From Candidatus Krumholzibacteriia bacterium (lineage in GTDB: Bacteria > Krumholzibacteriota > Krumholzibacteriia > LZORAL124-64-63), in NCBI GenBank assembly GCA_036351155.1, contig JAZBOO010000352.1:1-10972 (forward strand): DNA of 10,972 nt. Direction: 5' to 3'. The notes under the pieces are model-generated. The model had not been told where the DNA came from and searched no databases. It was given only the letters and a program-made list of their open reading frames with translations. The position numbers and the translations under genes are program-made. This document shows, piece by piece, positions 1-6,804 of this stretch. Within the stretch, counting starts at the first letter, position 1. Every line of letters starts with the position of its first letter.

Positions 1-1709
1 ACCTCGGGGTTGCCCACCTTCTTGTACCAGCTGCCCTCGAGGAAGGGCTTCCAGTAGTCGGGGAAGCTGTTGATCAACGTCAGCAGGTTGCTCGGTCCCA
101 CATAGGGAATACCACAAGCGTACAGGTCGGGAGTGAAGGTCACCCCGGCCAGGGTGGCGTAGCCGCCGTAGCTGCCGCCGAAAATGGCCACCTTGTCGGG
201 ATCAGCATAACCCTCGTCGATCAGGTACTGCACAGCATCGGTGATGTCATGCTGCATGGCGCCGATGCCCCACTCGCGGTTGCCGGCGTTGCCGTACTTC
301 TTGCCGTAGCCGGTGCTGCTGCGGTAGTTGACCTGCATGACCGCGTAGCCGCGGTTGGCCAGGAACTGGCAGTAGGGCTCGTAGCCCCAGAAGTCGCGGG
401 CCCAGGGGCCGCCGTGGATGTACATCACCGTGGGCAGGTTCTTGTGCTCGACGCCCTTGGGAAGCGTCAGGTAGCCGTGGATGGTCATGCCGTCGCGGGC
501 CTCGTAGCTGACGGGCTTCATGTGGGCCAGATGCTCGCTGGGCAGCTCGGGCCGGGAGCGGTACTGCAGGGTGCTCTTCTTCGTGGCGGCGTCGTACAGG
601 TACACCGAGCCGGGGTCGACGTCGCTGCTGACCGACAGCAGCATCTTGCTCATGTCGGTGCTCATGCTGTTCATGCCGATCTCGCCGTCGGGCAGGCTGG
701 CCTTGATGCTCTTCCAGAGAGCTTCCATCTCGGGGGTCTTGGGGTAAACCCGGACCCGGTCGCCCACGTAGAAGGTGGCCAGCATTTCATCGGTTTCGGG
801 ATGATACATGGCGCCGGCGAAGTCCACCTGATTCTCGGGATCCTTTTCCACCAGGGTGAATTCGCCCGTGTCGATGTCCATCAGCATCAGCTGTTCCAGG
901 TCCACATCGCCGCAGTTGCTGGTCACGTAGCACTGCTTGCCGTTGGGATGGAAGGCGGTGGGATTCAGCGTTTCCTCGTAAGTTGAAGTGGCGATCTGGT
1001 GCAGTCCCTGCATGTCCACGCGCAGAAGCTCAGCCCCGCCGCCGGGGAGGGGGCGGTAAGCCAGGCGCAGTTCGCCTTCGTTGTCGAACATCCAGGCGCC
1101 CACACCCTCGGTGTTTTCACGCAGCAAGGTGCGCTCGCCCGTGGAAATGTTCACCCGGTAAATGTCGTGGTAGCTGGGGTCGCGATCGTTCAGGCCCACC
1201 ATCATGACGTCGGGATTGTGCTTGGGCACCGAGAGGATCTGGGCCCGCACGCCGTCGACGGGGGTCAGGTCACGGGCCACGGGCACCCCGGTTTCCGCCA
1301 CGATCTGGCCATCGGGATCCACGGCCCAGACGTGGAAGTTCTCGTCGCCGTCCTTGTCCTGGACGTACAGAATGAAGTGGCTGTCGCGGCTCCAGAAGTA
1401 GCCGGGCACGGGGCGGTCGTCGGCGGTCACGGGCTTGGCCGCGTCGAAAGGTGCGTCCGCGGCTTTGACCCAGATATTGCGTGTGCCGTTGTAGGGCTTG
1501 ATGAAGCTCATCCACTTGCCGTCGGGCGAAAGCTGGGAGCCGCTGATTTCGGGGTCACCAAAAAAGAGTTCGCGATCGAGCAGAGGGGCGGGGGTCATGG
1601 TCACCTGTTCCTGTTGAGTGGCCTGGTCGTCATTGCTGCCGCAACCAATCAAAGCAAGAGTGGCGGCGGTGGCCAGGAACACCAGAAGAATGCGGAGGGG
1701 GCTTTTCAT
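1..1709 (-). CDS. S9-family (prolyl oligopeptidase clan; dipeptidyl aminopeptidase/acylaminoacyl peptidase-like) serine peptidase, predicted lipoprotein; 3' end lies outside the window
   Basis: Manual translation from ATG at 1709 (AAGGAG RBS upstream) gives MKSPLRILLVFLATAATLALIGC (lipobox LIGC), then LLDRELFFGDPEISGSQLSPDGKW (beta-propeller start). The catalytic domain shows YEARDGMTIHGYLTLP, IHGGPWARD, FLANRGYAVMQVNYRSSTGYG and the nucleophile motif GGSYGG at 179..162, in frame. The frame is open to the left edge (about 569 codons), so the catalytic Asp/His fall outside the window. Confidence 0.96.
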   Translation of the reverse strand, partial: MKSPLRILLVFLATAATLALIGCGSNDDQATQQEQVTMTPAPLLDRELFFGDPEISGSQLSPDGKWMSFIKPYNGTRNIWVKAADAPFDAAKPVTADDRPVPGYFWSRDSHFILYVQDKDGDENFHVWAVDPDGQIVAETGVPVARDLTPVDGVRAQILSVPKHNPDVMMVGLNDRDPSYHDIYRVNISTGERTLLRENTEGVGAWMFDNEGELRLAYRPLPGGGAELLRVDMQGLHQIATSTYEETLNPTAFHPNGKQCYVTSNCGDVDLEQLMLMDIDTGEFTLVEKDPENQVDFAGAMYHPETDEMLATFYVGDRVRVYPKTPEMEALWKSIKASLPDGEIGMNSMSTDMSKMLLSVSSDVDPGSVYLYDAATKKSTLQYRSRPELPSEHLAHMKPVSYEARDGMTIHGYLTLPKGVEHKNLPTVMYIHGGPWARDFWGYEPYCQFLANRGYAVMQVNYRSSTGYGKKYGNAGNREWGIGAMQHDITDAVQYLIDEGYADPDKVAIFGGSYGGYATLAGVTFTPDLYACGIPYVGPSNLLTLINSFPDYWKPFLEGSWYKKVGNPE

Positions 1710-1814
1710 GGAAAACGCTCCTTGGAAAAATTGGGGAATTGCGAGAAGAATACGCCTGATCGTGAATTATTGTTACATGTCATTTGAATGGGAACGCACA
1801 ACAAGGGTTGAAAC

Positions 1815-2447
1815 ATGCTCAACTGGATCGAAATTCTGGGCTACGCGGCCAGCGTGCTGGTGGCCGTGTCCCTGACCATGAACTCGCTGGCCAAGTTGCG
1901 CTTTCTCAACCTGCTGGGCGCCATCGCGTTCGCCAGTTACGGCTGGCTGGTCGATGCCTATCCGGTCCTGGCGGTCAACGGATTCATCGCGGTGGTGAAC
2001 ACGGTGTATCTGCTGCGCATGCGCCCCGGACGCAGTGTGGCCTTCGAACTGTTGCCGCTGGCCCATCCGGACAACCGCTACTTTCGCCGTTTCGTGGAGT
2101 TTCACGCTACGGATATCGCCCGACTTTTCCCGTCCTTTCGGGCCGATGAGCTGGAAGAAGTGCATGTGGTCTTCATCTTGCGGGACATGTTGCCCGTGGG
2201 TGTGGTGGTGTGCCGCCGCCAGGACAATGAGGACCTGGTGGTGCTGCTGGACTACGTGATTCCCAGCTATCGAGATTTCCAGTGTGCCCGTTATTTTTAC
2301 CGGTCCTGGTCGGAAGTCATTGATTGCAAAGGGGTTTGCCGCTTCGTGGTGCGCCGGCCGGTGGAGGCACACCAACCCTATCTGGAAAAAATGGGGTACG
2401 GTCACGATCCTCAGCTGGGCACCGAGGTGTTCACGCGTCCGGCCTGA
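1815..2447 (+). CDS. YgjV-like (MtN3/PQ-loop-like 3-TM) inner membrane protein with C-terminal GNAT-like soluble domain, 210 aa
   Basis: The first ~68 aa form three hydrophobic helices with the pattern ILGYAASVLVAVSLTM..LRFLNLLGAIAFASYGWLVDAYPVLAVN. The C-terminal part has LDYVIPSYRDF and HQPYLEKMGY, resembling GNAT motifs A and B. Confidence 0.8.
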   Translation: MLNWIEILGYAASVLVAVSLTMNSLAKLRFLNLLGAIAFASYGWLVDAYPVLAVNGFIAVVNTVYLLRMRPGRSVAFELLPLAHPDNRYFRRFVEFHATDIARLFPSFRADELEEVHVVFILRDMLPVGVVVCRRQDNEDLVVLLDYVIPSYRDFQCARYFYRSWSEVIDCKGVCRFVVRRPVEAHQPYLEKMGYGHDPQLGTEVFTRPA

Positions 2448-2459
2448 CCCTGGAACCCC

Positions 2460-2918
2460 TCACTCGTAGATCTGTCCCTCATGGCGGATCCAGCCCTCGG
2501 CGTGACGTCCGGCCGGGTCGTGATGCGTCCAGTGCAGAACCCCTCCCCGCTCGTTCCACTCGTACTGTCCTCGTATTTCCACCTGATCCCCCTGACCCAG
2601 AGGCACCCGGGGAGCCAGGTCGATGTTGTGGGCCACCAGCACGGTGTGCCCGGAGGGAGATTCCAGGATGAAACGCTGGTGCCGGGAGCCCTCGTTGTCA
2701 TCGGCCAGGGTGCGTTGCACACGGCCCCGGGCAGTGAGCATGACCTCGGATCGCTGGGCGCGGGCGGCTTCTTCGAGAGTTAACCCGCTGGTTTCGGCGG
2801 AGCCGGAAACGGACGGGGATTGGCTGTCCTGCAGCAAGTATCCTCGGCCCAGGGTGACCACCAGGGCCAGGGCTACCAGCAGGAAGATTCTCCGGAGGGG
2901 ACGTTTCTTCAAAGGCAT
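2460..2918 (-). CDS. DUF3465 domain-containing exported or membrane-anchored protein, 152 aa
   Basis: Basic N-terminus plus hydrophobic stretch (RRIFLLVALALVVTLG). Family signature DDNEGSRHQRFIL...GHTVLVAHNIDLAPRV...GQYEWNERGGVLHWTHHDPAGRHAEGWI. Confidence 0.88.
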   Translation of the reverse strand: MPLKKRPLRRIFLLVALALVVTLGRGYLLQDSQSPSVSGSAETSGLTLEEAARAQRSEVMLTARGRVQRTLADDNEGSRHQRFILESPSGHTVLVAHNIDLAPRVPLGQGDQVEIRGQYEWNERGGVLHWTHHDPAGRHAEGWIRHEGQIYE

Positions 2919-3237
2919 TCCATTTCTTGGGTGAGGGTGAATCGGTGCCGGATTATTCCCATGTGACTTTCTCGGGGGCGAAATGTCAAGAGGGTGACGA
3001 GGTCGGGAGGGCAGACTCTCCGACGATGAGTGTTGGGGCTGGAATGCCTGGTCCCATCAGGGCGCGGGGTTCATTTCCCCCGATATGGATCCCGCACCCA
3101 ACTCTCTGGTGGAGGATCGCCGGCGACAAAACAGGAGAAAATCGGTTGTCGTTTTCGCGGATTTGTTTAGTTTGCCCGAACCACTTCATGAGGGAAGAGG
3201 TGGGCAGGATTTTGAAGACATAGGGGGAGCCACAAGA

Positions 3238-5748
3238 ATGCTGCAGTTCGAGCGCATGGGGGGATTCTATCTGGGCAAGGAGGCCGATCCAGCCACCGGG
3301 GCCCTGGCCGCTGAGCCCCTCGTGTACGATGCCCGGGACCTGACCACCCACGCCGTGTGCGTGGGCATGACCGGTTCGGGAAAAACGGGCCTGTGCATCG
3401 GACTGCTGGAAGAGGCGGCCCTCGATGGGGTGCCCGCCATCATCATCGATCCCAAGGGTGACATTTCCAACCTGCTGTTGACCTTCCCTGAGCTGCGCCC
3501 TGCCGATTTCGAACCCTGGATCAACCTGGACGACGCCCGGCGCAAGAACCTGGACCCCGGGGAATTTGCCGCCCGTACCGCCACTCAGTGGCGGGAAGGA
3601 CTGGCCCAGTGGGGACAGGGCCCCGAGCGCATCGCCCGGCTCAAGGAGAGCGCCGAATTCCGGATTTACACGCCGGGTTCGTCGGCCGGCACCGGGGTGT
3701 CCATCCTGTCGTCGCTGAAGGCGCCACGCCAGGGCTGGGACGGTCACGAGGAGGAGCTGCGCGAGCAGATCCGCGGCACAGTCAGCGCTTTGCTGGGACT
3801 GGCGGGGGTGGATGCGGACCCCATGCGCAGCCCGGAGCACATCCTGCTGTCCACCCTGTTCGAGCACGCATGGAAGAAGGGGCAGGACCTGGATCTGGCC
3901 TCGCTGATCACGTCCATCCAGTCGCCGCCGGTGCGCAAGCTGGGTGTGTTCGACATCGACACCTTCTTTCCTCCCAAGGAACGGTTCGGCCTGGCCATGG
4001 CCCTGAACAACATCATGGCCAGCCCCAGCTTTTCCGAATGGCTGCAGGGTGCTCCGCTGGATATCGGATCGCTGCTGTACACGGCCGAGGGCAAGCCCCG
4101 CCATGCCATCTTTTCCATCGCCCACCTGGACGATGCCCAGCGCATGTTCTTCGTGACCTTGTTGCTGGAGCAAACCCTGGCCTGGGTGCGGCGCCAGAGC
4201 GGCACCACCAGCTTGCGGGCCCTTCTGTACATGGACGAGATCTTCGGCTTCCTGCCGCCCACGGCCAATCCGCCCTCCAAGCAGCCCATGCTGACCTTGC
4301 TGAAGCAGGCCCGGGCCTTCGGGCTGGGACTGGTGCTGGCCACCCAGAACCCGGTGGATCTGGATTACAAGGCCATGTCCAATGCCGGCACCTGGTTCAT
4401 CGGCAAGCTGCAAACCGAGCGGGACAAGGACCGCATCCTGGACGGGCTGCAGTCGGTGGGTCAGAACCAGGATCGGGCTGCTCTGAGCAAGATGATCGGC
4501 GGCCTGGGCCAGAGGATGTTCCTGCTGCACAACGTGCACGAGGACAAGCCCGTCATTTTCAACACACGCTGGGTCATGAGCTATCTGCGCGGCCCGCTGA
4601 CCCGAGATCAGATCAAGCTGTTGACCGCCGACCAGCCGGCCACGGCACCGGCCCCTGCGGAAGTGGCTGCCGACCTGGCTCCCGGGGCCGCTGTGGAGCA
4701 GATGGGTGCCGCGGTGACGGCTCCTGTGACCGATGGTTTACTGGCCACGCCGCCGGCCCTGGCTCCCTCCATTCCTCAGGCCTACTTGCCGGTGCGGCGC
4801 TCGCACTCGGCAGCGCTCGATCACCTGGAAAACCAGACGGGGCAGCGGCTGGAGCCCGAAGCGGTGCGTCTGGTTTACCGGCCCGCGGTGGTGGCGCTGG
4901 GGCAGGTGGCGTTCGTGGATCGTCGCCGTGAGGTGGACACGCAGCAGAAGGTGGGGCTTCTGCTGGGTTCGGAAGACGCGGGGGGAAGCACGCCCTGGTC
5001 CAGTGGCCGTGACCTGAACCTGGATCCCGGTGATCTGGAAACCCGCCCGGCCCATGGTGCGGCCTTTGCGGAGGTGGCGTCGCCGTGGACCAAGGCGGCC
5101 GCTTTCAAGGCGCTGGACAGGGACTTCAAGGGCTGGCTGTACCAGGAAAAACGGCTGGAGATTTTGCACGTGCCGGCCCTGAAGATTTTCGGTGAGGTGG
5201 GCGAGTCGAAGGAAGAATTTCTGGGTCGCGCTCGGCTGGTGGCCCGTGAAAAGCGGGACGCCGAGGTGGACAAGATGACCGCCCGGGTGCAGAAGGTCAT
5301 GGACCGTCTGGAAAAGAAACTGGACCGGGAGAAGCGCGAGCTGGACGAAGACCAGGCGGAGTACGATGCCCGCAAGCGCGAAGAACTGCTGTCGGCGGGG
5401 GAAACCCTGGTGGGCATGCTGGGACTGTTCGGCCGGAAAAAGCGCACCGGGTTGGCCACGGCTTCACGCAAGCGGCGAATGACCAGCCGGGCCAAGGAAG
5501 ACATCCGCGAGTCACAGGAAGAAATCCAGTCCCTGCAGCAGGAAATTCAGGAACTCGACCGCACTTTGCAGGACGAGACTCGCGAAATTGCCGACCGCTG
5601 GGACGCGGTGCTGGACGAGGTGGAGACCTTTGCGGTCAAACCCCGGCGCACCGACGTGAAGGTGGAGGTGATGGCTCTGGGCTGGGCTCCCTGCTGGGAA
5701 ACCACAGGGCACGCCGGAGCAGAAGCTGCTCGCCTGGAGGCCTTTTGA
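3238..5748 (+). CDS. HerA/FtsK-superfamily (DUF87-like) P-loop ATPase with Ala/Pro linker and C-terminal coiled-coil domain, 836 aa
   Basis: Start placed at ATG 3238 (GGGGGAG RBS at 3223-3229; conserved-looking N-terminus FERMGGFYLGK). Motifs: THAVCVGMTGSGKT Walker A (GMTGSGKT at 3364-3387), IIIDPKGD strand 2, LYMDE Walker B (4225-4239), ARAFG Arg finger (Arg at 4312-4314) and LATQNP sensor. This is the diagnostic HerA/FtsK/VirB4 motif set. Confidence 0.93.
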   Translation: MLQFERMGGFYLGKEADPATGALAAEPLVYDARDLTTHAVCVGMTGSGKTGLCIGLLEEAALDGVPAIIIDPKGDISNLLLTFPELRPADFEPWINLDDARRKNLDPGEFAARTATQWREGLAQWGQGPERIARLKESAEFRIYTPGSSAGTGVSILSSLKAPRQGWDGHEEELREQIRGTVSALLGLAGVDADPMRSPEHILLSTLFEHAWKKGQDLDLASLITSIQSPPVRKLGVFDIDTFFPPKERFGLAMALNNIMASPSFSEWLQGAPLDIGSLLYTAEGKPRHAIFSIAHLDDAQRMFFVTLLLEQTLAWVRRQSGTTSLRALLYMDEIFGFLPPTANPPSKQPMLTLLKQARAFGLGLVLATQNPVDLDYKAMSNAGTWFIGKLQTERDKDRILDGLQSVGQNQDRAALSKMIGGLGQRMFLLHNVHEDKPVIFNTRWVMSYLRGPLTRDQIKLLTADQPATAPAPAEVAADLAPGAAVEQMGAAVTAPVTDGLLATPPALAPSIPQAYLPVRRSHSAALDHLENQTGQRLEPEAVRLVYRPAVVALGQVAFVDRRREVDTQQKVGLLLGSEDAGGSTPWSSGRDLNLDPGDLETRPAHGAAFAEVASPWTKAAAFKALDRDFKGWLYQEKRLEILHVPALKIFGEVGESKEEFLGRARLVAREKRDAEVDKMTARVQKVMDRLEKKLDREKRELDEDQAEYDARKREELLSAGETLVGMLGLFGRKKRTGLATASRKRRMTSRAKEDIRESQEEIQSLQQEIQELDRTLQDETREIADRWDAVLDEVETFAVKPRRTDVKVEVMALGWAPCWETTGHAGAEAARLEAF

Positions 5749-5749
5749 T

Positions 5750-5774
5750 CAGAAATGTGACTTTCACCTTTCTG
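5750..5774. promoter_or_regulatory. Near-perfect palindrome immediately after the ATPase stop (operator or weak terminator)
   Basis: CAGAAA-T-GTGA-CTT-TCAC-C-TTTCTG: 10 of 11 arm positions are complementary. AT-rich, with no downstream poly-T. Confidence 0.45.
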
Positions 5775-5851
5775 GCGGGTCTCAACATTGAGGATAGCCA
5801 CCGGCCGACCGTTTGATCGGCCGACATGTTGAACATATCGGAGGGAAAGTC

Positions 5852-6277
5852 ATGGACTTTTCGAGCTTTATCAATCAGGCGGCCGGATCCCTCGGGGTGT
5901 CGGCCGAAGATGCGGGAACGGCTGCGTCCGGAATCCTCGGTTTGATTCAGGACAAGGCCCAGTCCGGCGATGCCGCGGCTCTTTTGAAAGCGCTGCCGGG
6001 AGCCTCGAAATACCTGGGTGCCGCCGAGGCCACCGCCGGAGGCGGGGGCATGATGGGGAGCATCATGGGTGCCGCCGGAGGATTGCTGGGGGGAAAAGGC
6101 GGAAGCGCTCTTTCGGTCCTCAGCATTTTCCAGAACGCCAACATGGACGCCGGTCAGGCCGGTTCCTTCGTGGGGATGTTCATGGATTTCGTGAAGAAGA
6201 ACGCGGACGGCGAGCTCGTCGGCCGCATCCTCGATCAGATTCCCGAGCTGAAGAATCTGATCGGCAACCAGGGCTGA
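5852..6277 (+). CDS. DUF2780 (VcgC/VcgE-like) Gly/Ala-rich helical protein, 141 aa
   Basis: GGAGGG RBS before ATG 5852. Pattern LGVSAEDAGTAASGILGLIQ...LLKALPGA...GGGGMMGSIMGAAGGLLGG...FQNANMDAGQAGSFVGMFMDFV matches my recollection of DUF2780. Confidence 0.78.
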   Translation: MDFSSFINQAAGSLGVSAEDAGTAASGILGLIQDKAQSGDAAALLKALPGASKYLGAAEATAGGGGMMGSIMGAAGGLLGGKGGSALSVLSIFQNANMDAGQAGSFVGMFMDFVKKNADGELVGRILDQIPELKNLIGNQG

Positions 6278-6321
6278 TGGTTTTCGTTTCCTCGCCCACC
6301 AACAACTGAACGGAGAGAACA

Positions 6322-6729
6322 ATGTCGTACAAGATCGAAGATATCGAAGGAATCGGCCCCGCCTACGCCACGAAGCTGGCCGCGGCCAGCATCGCCACCA
6401 CCGACGACCTGCTGGACAAGTGCTGCAACCCCGCCGGCCGCAAGGCCGTGGCCGAGGCCACCGGTCTGAGCGAGAGCGTCATCCTGAAGTGGAGCAACAT
6501 GGCCGACCTGATGCGCATCAGCGGTGTGGGCTCCCAGTTCAGCGAGCTGCTCAACGGCGCCGGCGTGGACACCATCAAGGAACTGCGCACCCGCAACGCC
6601 GCCAACCTGGCCGCGAAGATGAAGGAAGTCAACGACGAGAAGAAGCTCGCCAAGACCTCCCCTTCGGAGTCGGTTGTGGCCAAGTGGGTCGAGGCGGCCA
6701 AGAGCATGGATCCCAAGCTGACTTACTAG
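6322..6729 (+). CDS. DUF4332 domain-containing protein (two helix-hairpin-helix motifs), 135 aa
   Basis: GGAGA RBS. KIEDIEGIGPAYATKL and WSNMADLMRISGVGSQFSELLNGAGVDTIKELRTRNAANL...PSESVVAKWVEAAK are characteristic of DUF4332. Strongly biased G/C-ending codons. Confidence 0.92.
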   Translation: MSYKIEDIEGIGPAYATKLAAASIATTDDLLDKCCNPAGRKAVAEATGLSESVILKWSNMADLMRISGVGSQFSELLNGAGVDTIKELRTRNAANLAAKMKEVNDEKKLAKTSPSESVVAKWVEAAKSMDPKLTY

Positions 6730-6751
6730 TTTTCCGGAGAACTCGCCCAAG

Positions 6752-6790
6752 ACAAAGCCCGGACCATGTGGTCCGGGCTTTGTTGTTGTG
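6752..6790. terminator. Bidirectional intrinsic terminator between convergent DUF4332 and lipoprotein genes
   Basis: Perfect 15-bp inverted repeat ACAAAGCCCGGACCA (6752-6766) / TGGTCCGGGCTTTGT (6769-6783). T-rich tails on both strands (TTTGTTGTT on +, TTTGTCTT on -). Lies about 20 bp from each stop codon. Confidence 0.9.
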
Positions 6791-6804
6791 GTCGGCAGGT
6801 GCGG

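Noticed and set aside
1760..1782. Rex/CRP-like site TCGTGAATTATTGTTACAT in the divergent promoter region
   Set aside because: Half-site spacing is one base off both consensus patterns and there are several mismatches. The AT-richness is explained by ordinary divergent promoters.
249..1787. Plus-strand ORFs 249..986 (245 aa) and 999..1787 (262 aa)
   Set aside because: Antisense shadows of the S9 peptidase. They have no motifs and the His/Val/Gly-rich composition typical of reverse-frame translation in GC-rich genes.
2952..2989. Sigma70 promoter for DUF3465 (perfect TTGACA on the minus strand at 2989-2984)
   Set aside because: At 17-bp spacing the -10 reads TCACAT, which is poor. The better AATAAT is about 26 bp away, so it is not supportable as a feature.
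3064..3082. tRNA T-arm-like GGGG-TTCATTT-CCCC
   Set aside because: The loop lacks the conserved A58 (TTCRA), and no acceptor stem, D arm or anticodon arm can be built around it.
3148..3180. GGGCAAAC on the minus strand, reminiscent of a c-di-GMP-I riboswitch
   Set aside because: The following GNRA-capped P2 stem and GACGCAAAGC consensus are absent.
3085..3237. 51-codon N-terminal extension of the ATPase (ORF track start 3085)
   Set aside because: No RBS at 3085 and the extension looks non-protein-like. A strong GGGGGAG RBS precedes ATG 3238, where family-like sequence begins.
2986..4539. 517-aa minus-strand ORF
   Set aside because: Antisense to the motif-bearing ATPase. Long stop-free antisense frames are expected with high GC3.
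5813..5851. TTG start extending DUF2780 to 154 aa
   Set aside because: ATG 5852 has a clear GGAGGG RBS, whereas the extension runs through hairpin-forming spacer sequence.
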